A DNA stretch of 26,407 bases from Rhodobiaceae bacterium. Lineage in GTDB: Bacteria > Pseudomonadota > Alphaproteobacteria > Micropepsales > Micropepsaceae. Each line of letters opens with the position of its first letter. Position 1 is the stretch's first letter. The translations under genes and the position numbers were made by a program. The notes under the pieces are model-generated. The model saw only the letters and a program-made list of their open reading frames with translations. It searched no databases and was not told where the DNA came from. The stretch spans positions 1 through 26,407 of the forward strand of contig JANOFD010000505.1 of the NCBI GenBank assembly GCA_031413455.1. Direction: 5' to 3'. Of this stretch, positions 8,564 through 17,188 are shown piece by piece.

Positions 8564-8569
8564 CAGGCT

Positions 8570-9349
8570 CTACACGGACCGCTTGACCATCATCTGCTTG
8601 ATCTCGCCGATGGCCTGCGCCGGATTCAATCCCTTCGGACACACCGATGCGCAATTCATGATCGTGTGACAACGATACAGCCGGAACGGATCCTCGAGAT
8701 TGTCCAGACGCTCACCCGTGGCTTCATCGCGGCTGTCGATCAGCCAGCGATAGGCCTGCAACAGCACCGCCGGACCCAGATACCGGTCCTGGCTCCACCA
8801 ATAGCTGGGACACGCCGTCGAACAGCAGGCGCACAGGATGCATTCATAAAGCCCGTCAAGTTTCTGACGGTCTTCCGGCATCTGGCGCCACTCCTTTTCG
8901 GGCGTGGGCGTTGTCGTGTGCAGCCAGGGCTCAATGGACGCATACTGCGCATAAAAATGCGTCATGTCCGGAACCAGATCTTTGACCACCTCCATGTGCG
9001 GCAAAGGATAGATCGCAACCGGACCCTTGATCTCGTCGATCGCTTTCGTACAGGCTAGGGTATTCGACCCATCGACATTCATTGCGCACGACCCGCACAC
9101 GCCTTCGCGGCATGAGCGGCGGAAAGTCAACGTTGGATCAATCTCATTCTTTATCTTGATCAACGCGTCCAGAACCATCGGCCCGCAGCTCGCAAGGTCG
9201 ACCTCATAGGTATCCAGCTTCGGATTTTCGCCGTCATCGGGGTTCCAACGATAGACCTTGAAGGCTCTGATCTGGGCAGACCCGGACGGCGCGGCCCACG
9301 TCTTGCCGGGTTTGACCCGGCTGTTGCGAGGTAAAGTGAGTTCGACCAT
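8570..9349 (-). CDS. sdhB: Succinate dehydrogenase iron-sulfur subunit
   Basis: [58 protein letters not shown]. Start at ATG 9349; the ORF-track extension to 9457 is not SdhB-like. Confidence 0.98.
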   Translation of the reverse strand: MVELTLPRNSRVKPGKTWAAPSGSAQIRAFKVYRWNPDDGENPKLDTYEVDLASCGPMVLDALIKIKNEIDPTLTFRRSCREGVCGSCAMNVDGSNTLACTKAIDEIKGPVAIYPLPHMEVVKDLVPDMTHFYAQYASIEPWLHTTTPTPEKEWRQMPEDRQKLDGLYECILCACCSTACPSYWWSQDRYLGPAVLLQAYRWLIDSRDEATGERLDNLEDPFRLYRCHTIMNCASVCPKGLNPAQAIGEIKQMMVKRSV

Positions 9350-9483
9350 AAGGAATTCCCGCTGGTAAGAGCAAAACCGCCATCGATTCAGGGTGTACCG
9401 CGACCAAACGGTTCCGTCCACGGGGTACACAAGCCACAGTCCACCCTTTAATGTCATAGCCCTCGCCTCGGGGAATATTCTCT

Positions 9484-12192
9484 ATGCAAATGCTTGTCCG
9501 TCTCATGGCCGCGTCGCTCGTGCTCGTTCTCGCCGCATGCGAACCCTCTGCGCCGCCGCAAACCGGCGAAGGCGTCCCAGCCCAAAGATCCGAGTCAACC
9601 ATTCCCCTGGGGCAGTTGCCGGGCAATGTGGAGCCACTGCACTACCGGATCGACCTGACCATCAACCCCGACCAGCTTCGCTACGAAGGCGTCGTCGAAA
9701 TCGATATCGAGCTCAAAGCGCCCAGGCGGGAGTTCTACATCCACGGCAAAGACCTCAAAGTTGAAAACATCACGGCGCGGCTGCAAAACAAAACCATCAT
9801 CAAAGGCACCTACGCCCAGGTCCACGACAGCGGTGTGGCAAGGCTCACTTTCGAACAACAGATTCCGCGCGGCAAAATGACGGTGCGCTTGCCGTACTCG
9901 GCTGCGTTTGAGACCTCCCCGGACGCGCTCACCTCCATGCCCGACAATGGTGCGAAATATGTCTGGTCGCAGTTCGAGGCCATATCAGCCCGCCGTGCTT
10001 TCCCTGGCTTTGACGAACCGCGTTTCAAGACGCCCTTCGACATTTCGATAACAGCGATTGCGCGCGACATCACGGTCAGCAACACGCTGCCGGTGGCTCA
10101 GGAAAAAATTTCGGAAGGCGTGATCAAAACCACCTTTGCTACCACCGCACCATTGCCAACCTACCTGATTGCCATCGCAGTCGGCCCCTATGACGTCGTG
10201 AAGGCCCCCCCCATCGCCGCATCCACCCTGCGCGCAACACCTCTGCCCTTGCGCGCCGTGACTGTGGCCGGCAAAGGCGAGCGCGCCAGGTTTGCACTCA
10301 CCAACACCCAACCGTTGGTGCGCTATCTCGAAGACTATTTCGCAGCGCCATTTCCCTATCCAAAACTGGACCTGATCACGCCGCCAAACTTCGTTGCCGG
10401 TGGCATGGAAAACGCCGGCGCCATTACCTACACTGAGCGCGCGATATTGTTCGATCAGACGTCATCGGTTCAGCAAAAGCGCAATTTCACCCTGCTGCAC
10501 GGACACGAGCTGGCACATCAGTGGTTTGGCGATCTGGTCACGCCGAAATGGTGGAACGACATTTGGCTCAACGAAGCGTTCGCCACCTGGATGGGCAACA
10601 AGGCCGCTCTCACGGTATGGCCGCAGGGCGAATTTGATCGCGAAACCACACGCGATGCGCTGGAGGTCATGGACCTCGACGCGCTCAACTCCGCGCGCGC
10701 CATCCGCCAACCCATCAAAACAAACGACGACATCAACAACGCCTTTGACGGCCTGACCTACAAGAAAGGCGGCGGCGTGTTGGCAATGTTCGAGGCTTAT
10801 CTCGGTGCAGATGCATTTCGCGAGGGCGTCCGCATTCACATGCGCCGTTTTGCCCACGGCACCGCCGACGTTCGCGATTTTATGGACTCGCTTGTCCAGG
10901 GCTCCAAGCGGCCGGAAATCGTTGCCGCTTTTGAGACCTTTCTCAACCAACCAGGCGTTCCAATCGTTCGCCTCAAAACAGCCTGTAACAGCCAGGATCT
11001 TGAAGTCTCGCTGACCCAGTCGCCCTACGGCGCCAATACCGCCCAGGATAAACGGATGTGGTCAATTCCTGTGTGCGTGCGCGATTTGGTCAAGGGTAAA
11101 CCAATACCGTGCACAATGCTCAGTCAACGCTTGGGTTCGTTCACCCTCAAAAAACAGTGCAACGCCGTTCTGATGCCCAATGCCTACGGCGCCGGCTATT
11201 ACCGCTTTACGAGCGACGCCGCAGAGTGGCAAAAACTACTGGCGCTCACCACAAAAATGACCGCCGCCGAACAGCTCTCAACGCTGCATGCGCTGCGTGC
11301 CGCCTTTCGCGCGGGCGATGTCGACGCCAAGACTTACCTTGAAACTCTTCGCACAACCGGCACGGCAGGCAATTGGGATGTCACAGACATCGTGCGAACT
11401 TTCCTGACTGAAATGCGCGGCGACTTGCTTTCAAAGCCGGATCTTGGCCTGTTTGAACAGACCACTCGAAGCTGGTTTGAAAAGCCTCTGGCGAAAGTCG
11501 GATTAGTCGCGAAACGAAATGAAACGCCAGCCTCCACACTCATGCGCGCCACGCTGGCGGATCTCATGGTCAAAGTCGCCCGCGACCCAGTCACCCTTTC
11601 AGCCCTGGCCGTTAAGGGCACGAACCACTTCAAAGTGATGGCTGCCGGACAGGCTGACAACGCCATACCACCGGAATTGGTTGCAGCTTCGCTGTGGGCC
11701 GCTGTGAACACCGGCGGACTTCCCGTCGCACAAGACGCGATGGCCGCCATCAAAGCCTCCACGAACGCCGAATTTCGCAATGCTGCAATCAGGGCCTTGA
11801 CTGGTGTCCGGGACAAAGCCGCGATAGCAGAGGTGCAGGAATTCGCCATTTCAGGCGCTCTAAGATTGCGCGAACTGAGCACCTTCCTGCGTGAAGCCTT
11901 CGCAGATTCGGAACTGCGGGACACGATGTGGACGTGGTTTCGCAAAGACTTCAAGCGCATCACCGCCCCGGTCCCCGAAGGCAGCCGCGCCCGCTTCGTC
12001 GACCTGCCGTCACGGCTCTGCTCAAACGCGGCCCATGCTGAAATTGAAAAATTCTTCAAGCCCATGGCCGGCAAAATCGTCGGCGCCCCGCGCCGCCTCG
12101 CCAACGCCCTCGAGCTTGTCGAAAACTGTGCCATGTGGCGAAAAGCCAAAGGACCGGAACTCGCCGCCGCCCTCCAATCCCTGCCGCGTTGA
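9484..12192 (+). CDS. M1 family aminopeptidase, predicted lipoprotein
   Basis: Lipobox LVLAAC; QFEAISARRAFPGFDEP; GGMEN; HELAHQWFG...WLNEAFA (HEXXH-X18-E); YKKGG; long C-terminal domain of the ERAP1-C type. Confidence 0.95.
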   Translation: MQMLVRLMAASLVLVLAACEPSAPPQTGEGVPAQRSESTIPLGQLPGNVEPLHYRIDLTINPDQLRYEGVVEIDIELKAPRREFYIHGKDLKVENITARLQNKTIIKGTYAQVHDSGVARLTFEQQIPRGKMTVRLPYSAAFETSPDALTSMPDNGAKYVWSQFEAISARRAFPGFDEPRFKTPFDISITAIARDITVSNTLPVAQEKISEGVIKTTFATTAPLPTYLIAIAVGPYDVVKAPPIAASTLRATPLPLRAVTVAGKGERARFALTNTQPLVRYLEDYFAAPFPYPKLDLITPPNFVAGGMENAGAITYTERAILFDQTSSVQQKRNFTLLHGHELAHQWFGDLVTPKWWNDIWLNEAFATWMGNKAALTVWPQGEFDRETTRDALEVMDLDALNSARAIRQPIKTNDDINNAFDGLTYKKGGGVLAMFEAYLGADAFREGVRIHMRRFAHGTADVRDFMDSLVQGSKRPEIVAAFETFLNQPGVPIVRLKTACNSQDLEVSLTQSPYGANTAQDKRMWSIPVCVRDLVKGKPIPCTMLSQRLGSFTLKKQCNAVLMPNAYGAGYYRFTSDAAEWQKLLALTTKMTAAEQLSTLHALRAAFRAGDVDAKTYLETLRTTGTAGNWDVTDIVRTFLTEMRGDLLSKPDLGLFEQTTRSWFEKPLAKVGLVAKRNETPASTLMRATLADLMVKVARDPVTLSALAVKGTNHFKVMAAGQADNAIPPELVAASLWAAVNTGGLPVAQDAMAAIKASTNAEFRNAAIRALTGVRDKAAIAEVQEFAISGALRLRELSTFLREAFADSELRDTMWTWFRKDFKRITAPVPEGSRARFVDLPSRLCSNAAHAEIEKFFKPMAGKIVGAPRRLANALELVENCAMWRKAKGPELAAALQSLPR

Positions 12193-12205
12193 ATCACGTC
12201 TGTCT

Positions 12206-12262
12206 GCCCCCGCTTGCGGGGGAAGTGGCTGCGCCGCGTGAGCGGCTGCAGACGATGGGGGC
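12206..12262. repeat. REP-like palindromic element
   Basis: Hairpin CCCCCGC-TT-GCGGGGG at 12207-12222, plus GCCCCC (12206) and GGGGGC (12257-12262) as outer inverted ends. Matches the CCCCC..TTGCGGGGG repeat type common in alphaproteobacterial intergenic regions. Confidence 0.6.
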
Positions 12263-12458
12263 TTTGGGCAGGTGCAAAGCAGAATTTGTTCATGGACCCG
12301 TAACACCGTCACATTGGCTGAGAACTGCGGAAATCTGCGTAACATCGGGCGTCAGTTGTGTACACACAGCGCGCGTGGTGCCGTGGTTTGACAGAATATT
12401 CAAAAATTCAAGTCGCAGCGGAAAGAAGGGCGTTGAAATTAGCCCAACTCCGGAATTG

Positions 12459-12473
12459 GAACGTATATAGAAC
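12459..12473. promoter_or_regulatory. Alphaproteobacterial LexA (SOS) box
   Basis: GAAC-GTATATA-GAAC(AT), an exact GAAC-N7-GAAC (GTTC-N7-GTTC on the minus strand) in AT-rich intergenic DNA. Confidence 0.75.
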
Positions 12474-12492
12474 ATTTAGCTGTCGAGTCAAG
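12465..12492 (-). promoter_or_regulatory. Predicted sigma70 promoter overlapped by the LexA box
   Basis: Minus strand CTTGAC-N16-CTATAT against the rhizobial consensus CTTGAC-N17-CTATAT. The -10 element lies inside the SOS box. Confidence 0.6.
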
Positions 12493-12542
12493 CGGCGTGT
12501 CAGGAAGCCGGACCACATCTGACCAATGCGGCGAAACAGGCG

Positions 12543-14329
12543 CTAATACGTTCGCGCCTTTGGCTCGACATAGTCCACGTCTTTGCTCAGCGTGTATGTA
12601 TGCACGGGCCGATAATCGAGTTTGACCTTGCCGCTTTTCGTGTCGAACCACGAAAGCGTATGCTTCATCCACTTTTCATCATTGCGCTGCGCGAAATCTT
12701 CGCGCGCATGCGCCCCGCGGCTTTCCTCACGCGCCGCCGCACTCTCGACAGTCACCGCAGCCTGCGCAATCAGATTGTCGAGCTCAAGCGTCTCGACCAG
12801 ATCCGAGTTCCAGATCATCGACCTGTCCTTCACGTCGATATCCGGCATTTGGCTGTAGACCCCCGCGATCAGCTCACAGCCTTCGCGCAAAACGTCACCC
12901 GTGCGGAACACCGGGCAATGCGACTGCATCGTCCGCTGCATGCTGAGCCGCAGCTGCGCGGTTGAAACCGTGCCCTTCGCGTGACGGAAACGATCAAGTC
13001 GCGCCAGCGCACCGTCGCCAGCGCCCTTGGCCAGATCAGCCTGCCGATCTCCGGAATTGATGTCGGCCACGCACTTCATGCCCGCCGCCCGCCCGAACAC
13101 AACGAGGTCGGTCAGCGAATTTGAACCCAGACGATTGGCGCCGTGAACCGACACGCATGCCGCCTCACCGATCGCCATCAAGCCCGGCACGATAGCGTCG
13201 GGATTGCCGTCTTTGAGCGTCACGACCTCGCCATGATAATTCGTAGGGATGCCGCCCATATTGTAGTGCACCGTCGGCAATACGGGGATCGGCTGTTTCG
13301 TAACATCAACCCCGGCAAAAATACGCGCAGACTCCGCGATGCCGGGCAGCCGCTCGTGGATGATCTTCGGATCGAGATGGCTCAGATGCAGATGCACGTG
13401 ATCCTTGAGCGGGCCACAACCCCGTCCCTCGCGAATTTCAATCGTCATCGCCCGGCTGACAACGTCACGCGAGGCAAGATCCTTGGCGTGCGGGGCGTAA
13501 CGCTCCATGAAGCGCTCGCCGTTCGCATTGGTGACATAACCGCCTTCGCCGCGCACACCTTCAGTAATCAAAACGCCCGCGCCGTAAACGCCGGTCGGAT
13601 GGAACTGGATGAACTCCATGTCCTGCAACGGCAGGCCCGCCCGCAGCACCATGGCGTTACCGTCGCCGGTGCAGGTATGAGCCGAGGTGCAGGTGAAATA
13701 CGTACGGCCATAGCCGCCCGTCGCCAGGATAACGCGTTGCGCGCGGAAACGATGGATCGACCCGTCATCCAGACACCAGGCCATCCGCCGCGGCACTGCC
13801 CATCCTCCATGATCAGGTCAAGCGCAAAATACTCGATATAGAATTCCGCATCATGCCGAAGGCTCTGGCCATACAGCGAATGCAGGATCGCATGGCCCGT
13901 GCGGTCGGCAGCCGCAGCCGTTCGCTGGATCGCCGCTTTGCCGAACTCTTTCGTCATGCCACCAAAGGCTCGCTGATAGATGCGCCCGTCTTCTGTCCGG
14001 CTGAACGGCACGCCGAAATGCTCAAGCTCATAAACGGCTTCCGCTGCGTTCCGGCACAGATACTCGATCGCATCTTGGTCGCCCAGCCAGTCCGATCCCT
14101 TCACAGTGTCGTACATGTGCCAGCGCCAGTCGTCAGGTTCCATGTTGCCAAGCGCCGCTGATATGCCGCCTTGGGCCGCCACCGTATGACTGCGCGTGGG
14201 AAAAACCTTTGTGATGTTGGCAACCTTCAGGCCGTGGCGCGCCGCCTCAAGCGTCGCGCGCAACCCCGATCCTCCCGCGCCGACAACAACCACGTCATAG
14301 GTATGATCGATAATCTTGTAAGCCGTCAT
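12543..14329 (-). pseudogene. sdhA: Succinate dehydrogenase flavoprotein subunit, frameshifted as written (possibly a sequence error)
   Basis: N-terminal half ([24 protein letters not shown]) and C-terminal half ([39 protein letters not shown]) are in different frames. Junction TGC CGC GGC GG ATG GCC TGG at about 13785; adding one base gives 595 aa. Confidence 0.92.
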
Positions 14330-14347
14330 AATGAGAGAGCCTTGAAC

Positions 14348-14722
14348 TTAAAGGGCGATTTTCAAAACAGCGAAAACACAGACCGCAGCAACAGCAAAGG
14401 CCGCAAAATTTGTCAGCATGAACAAGGCAATTTTTGTGCCTTCGCGCTGAATGTAGTCTTCGATCACAACATGCAAACCCAACGCCATATGATAAACGCC
14501 CGCGACGATAAAGAGCAGCATCGAAACCGCGCTGACCGGATCGCTCAAAAAGGCGATCACTTCGCTATGGGGCGCGCCGGTATAACGCGCGACGCACCAA
14601 ACGAACCACAACGTCAGCGGCAAAAGTGCTACGGCCGTCAATCGCTGATGCCAGAAATGATGTGTGCCACTGCGGGCCGAACCCAGACCTTTGACCTTGC
14701 GCATTGGCGATTGCCCGCTCAT
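14348..14722 (-). CDS. sdhD: Succinate dehydrogenase hydrophobic membrane anchor subunit
   Basis: VKGLGSARSGTHHFWHQRLTAVAL...HMALGLHVVIEDY. ATG 14722 overlaps the sdhC stop (ATGA); ATG 14728 is an alternative. Confidence 0.96.
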   Translation of the reverse strand: MSGQSPMRKVKGLGSARSGTHHFWHQRLTAVALLPLTLWFVWCVARYTGAPHSEVIAFLSDPVSAVSMLLFIVAGVYHMALGLHVVIEDYIQREGTKIALFMLTNFAAFAVAAVCVFAVLKIAL

Positions 14723-15138
14723 TGCCATGCCCCCATCGATTGATAGGCCATCACCCAGATCACGATAGTCGCAACTAGCGTCAGCGCGTACACGGCAAGT
14801 CCAGACAAATTTGCGCCGGCCGTTTTGAATCCGTAGCCCGCATCCCAAAACAGATGACGCACACCATTGAAAGCGTGAAAGACGAGTGCGAGTGTGAACC
14901 CGAAAAGGACCAAGCGCCCAAACCAGCCATAAGCCACGCTTTCAAAGTCGGCATAGGCGTCAGGCCCCATCGACGCTGCCACCAGCCACCAGGCAAGCAA
15001 CAGCGTGCCAAAGGCCAGCCCAATCCCCGTGATCCGGTGCAGGATCGAGGTCCCCATCGTGATCGGCCACCGGTAAATTTGCAGATGAGGAGAAAGCGGC
15101 CTTGAAGAAGGACGCCCGCTTGTTCGGGCCTCTGGCAT
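14719..15138 (-). CDS. sdhC: Succinate dehydrogenase cytochrome b556 subunit
   Basis: RPLSPHLQIYR...SILHRITG...HAFNGVRHLFWD. Confidence 0.97.
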   Translation of the reverse strand: MPEARTSGRPSSRPLSPHLQIYRWPITMGTSILHRITGIGLAFGTLLLAWWLVAASMGPDAYADFESVAYGWFGRLVLFGFTLALVFHAFNGVRHLFWDAGYGFKTAGANLSGLAVYALTLVATIVIWVMAYQSMGAWQ

Positions 15139-15277
15139 GCAGTCTGATCCTTGAATGACGATGTACGCAGCAGAAGCAGCTGCGAACAGCCCAAACTTTC
15201 ACAAGCCTCTTGCGCCTGCAAGCCATTGTAGTCATTCAGGCCCGGACTTGAAGGCCCATGCTTGTCCGGAGGATACG

Positions 15278-15907
15278 ATGTTTGAAGCGGTGATCTTTGA
15301 TTTTGGCGGTGTGATTACCCAGAGCCCCTTTGAGGCTTTCAACAGGCTTGAAGCCGGACGCAACATCGCCAAAGACACAATTCGGCAAATCAATGCCACC
15401 AACCCTCACGAAAATGCCTGGGCGCGATTTGAACGCTCCGAGATCAGCCCGGCCCAGTTCGACACGGCTTTTGCCCAAGAGGCGCATGCTTTGGGGATAA
15501 CACTGCAGGGCCGCGAAGTTTTGGCCTGTCTCCAGGGGGCCGTCAGACCAGAAATGCTTGAAGCCCTGCGCCGGATATCACAGCGCTTTAAGACGGGCTG
15601 CATCACCAACAACGTCAAGTCCGATCAGGCAGCCGGCGCTTGGCGTAATCCTGAAGTTGATGAAGCCATGTCGCTGTTCCAACATGTCATCGAGTCTTCG
15701 AAGCTGGGCATCCGCAAGCCCGACCCCCGCATTTACAAAATGATGCTCACCGAACTGGCCGTAGAACCGGCCCGCAGCATTTATCTTGATGACCTTGGGA
15801 TCAACTTGAAACCAGCGCGCGACCTCGGGATGACCACCATCAAAGTTGGCGAAGCAGGCCCTGCTTTGGAAACCCTCGAAGCCTTGCTAAAGGTTAGTTT
15901 ACGTTAA
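15278..15907 (+). CDS. HAD-superfamily hydrolase (subfamily IA, epoxide hydrolase N-terminal phosphatase-like)
   Basis: VIFDFGGVI, CITNN, ESSKLGIRKPDPRIY, YLDDLGINLKPA. ATG 15278 follows GGAGG. Confidence 0.92.
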   Translation: MFEAVIFDFGGVITQSPFEAFNRLEAGRNIAKDTIRQINATNPHENAWARFERSEISPAQFDTAFAQEAHALGITLQGREVLACLQGAVRPEMLEALRRISQRFKTGCITNNVKSDQAAGAWRNPEVDEAMSLFQHVIESSKLGIRKPDPRIYKMMLTELAVEPARSIYLDDLGINLKPARDLGMTTIKVGEAGPALETLEALLKVSLR

Positions 15908-15939
15908 CCATAACGTGCAGTTAACGAGCCGTGCACGCG

Positions 15940-16365
15940 CTAATTCCGCGCAAAAATCATGCGCTCATCGGCGAACGCTTTGAATTCCAGCGCATTACCT
16001 GAAGGGTCACTGAAAAACATCGTTAATTGCTCTCCGACCTGTCCAGAAAAGCGGGTCTGGGGCTCAATAATAAATACTATTTTTTTTGCAGTGAGGTTTT
16101 CGGAAATTTCCCTGAATTTACAAGGGGTTACAATGACTCCAAAATGGCGGACCGGTACGCGCTCTCCATCAACCTCGTTTGCCCCTTCCCATGCCCCCCC
16201 GATCAGGCTCAGATGAGCAACGATTTGGTGCCCGAAGAAGTCGAAATCGACCCAATCAGGCGCTGATCGTCCTTCCGGACAACCGAGTACACCGCCATAA
16301 AAGGCGCGTGCTTTGTCCAGGTCGTGAACGGGAAAGGCCAAATGAAATCGTGGTCGCTCGCTCAT
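15940..16365 (-). CDS. VOC family (glyoxalase/dioxygenase-like) protein
   Basis: FHLAFPVHDLDKARAFYGGVLGCPEGRS..WVDFDFFGHQIVAH...HFGV...DPSGNALEFK. Confidence 0.92.
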   Translation of the reverse strand: MSERPRFHLAFPVHDLDKARAFYGGVLGCPEGRSAPDWVDFDFFGHQIVAHLSLIGGAWEGANEVDGERVPVRHFGVIVTPCKFREISENLTAKKIVFIIEPQTRFSGQVGEQLTMFFSDPSGNALEFKAFADERMIFARN

Positions 16366-16432
16366 CGCCTGAAACTAAAGCAATCGGACACCGGAGGCGA
16401 GGGGCGAAGTTAGAACGAGGGGTGACGACGAA

Positions 16433-17188
16433 GTGGCACGTGCACAAAATAGTACACTTAGAATTGGCGGCAAGTCGGTCCCGGTCAAAGTGCGCTTGAA
16501 CCCCCGTGCGCGCCGTGTGATCGTTAAAGTTCATCCGTCCACGGGCGAAGTAGCGGTTATCGCGCCCAGCCAGCGATCCGTTCCCAGGGCACTGGACTTC
16601 GCAAGACAAGAAGGCGTCTGGATCGCAGACCACCTTTCCCGCGTTCCAGAGCGCATCCATTTCCATCCTGGCGATACTTTGCTCTTTAAGGGCACACGCC
16701 ATGTCATCCGCCTCAGCTCCGACCAGCGTGGAGCCGTTTGGCTGGACCCTGAGTCAGAAAGGCCCACCATTCGGGTCGCGGGCCTTCGCGAACACACCCC
16801 GCGCCGCGTGGAAGACTGGTTAAAGAAACAAGCCCGCACCCAAATTATCCGGCGTGTGAACGCTCTGACGGCTGAACTCGGCGTCACGGCAACCCGCATC
16901 ACCGTCCGCGACACCGCCAGTCGCTGGGGATCGTGCTCGACAAGCGGTGCAATCTCACTGTCGTGGCGCTTGATCATGGCGCCGAACTCGGTGCTGAACT
17001 ATGTCTGCGCTCACGAAGTGGCGCACTTGAAGGAAATGAACCATGGACGCCGCTTTTGGCGCCTGGTGGAACGGTTGACCGGCCCAGAAGAAGCAGCAGC
17101 GGCTCAAGAATGGCTGCGCTTGAACGGCACTGAACTGCACCGCTATTCGGCGATACGCCCCGATGGGATCACATCTAAAGCAGCTTAG
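16433..17188 (+). CDS. M48 family / YgjP-like zinc-dependent metalloprotein
   Basis: RDTASRWGSCS...SWRLIMAP..VLNYVCAHEVAHLKEMNHGRRFW. Confidence 0.9.
   Translation: MARAQNSTLRIGGKSVPVKVRLNPRARRVIVKVHPSTGEVAVIAPSQRSVPRALDFARQEGVWIADHLSRVPERIHFHPGDTLLFKGTRHVIRLSSDQRGAVWLDPESERPTIRVAGLREHTPRRVEDWLKKQARTQIIRRVNALTAELGVTATRITVRDTASRWGSCSTSGAISLSWRLIMAPNSVLNYVCAHEVAHLKEMNHGRRFWRLVERLTGPEEAAAAQEWLRLNGTELHRYSAIRPDGITSKAA

Noticed and set aside
11334-12293. 319-aa minus-strand ORF downstream of the orphan SOS promoter
   Set aside because: Almost wholly antisense to the aminopeptidase, reads through a REP-like element, and has no RBS or domain signature. Mentioned only as a possibility in the SOS finding.
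12290-12475. 61-aa minus-strand ORF
   Set aside because: Its ATG lies within the predicted promoter spacer, upstream of the expected TSS, so it would not be on that transcript.
12543-13796. 417-aa ORF as a separate gene
   Set aside because: It is the C-terminal part of the frameshifted sdhA.
15894-15925. TTAACCAT and GTTAAC motifs resembling CtrA sites
   Set aside because: The spacing does not fit TTAA-N7-TTAA, and the site lies between convergent 3' ends and overlaps a stop codon.
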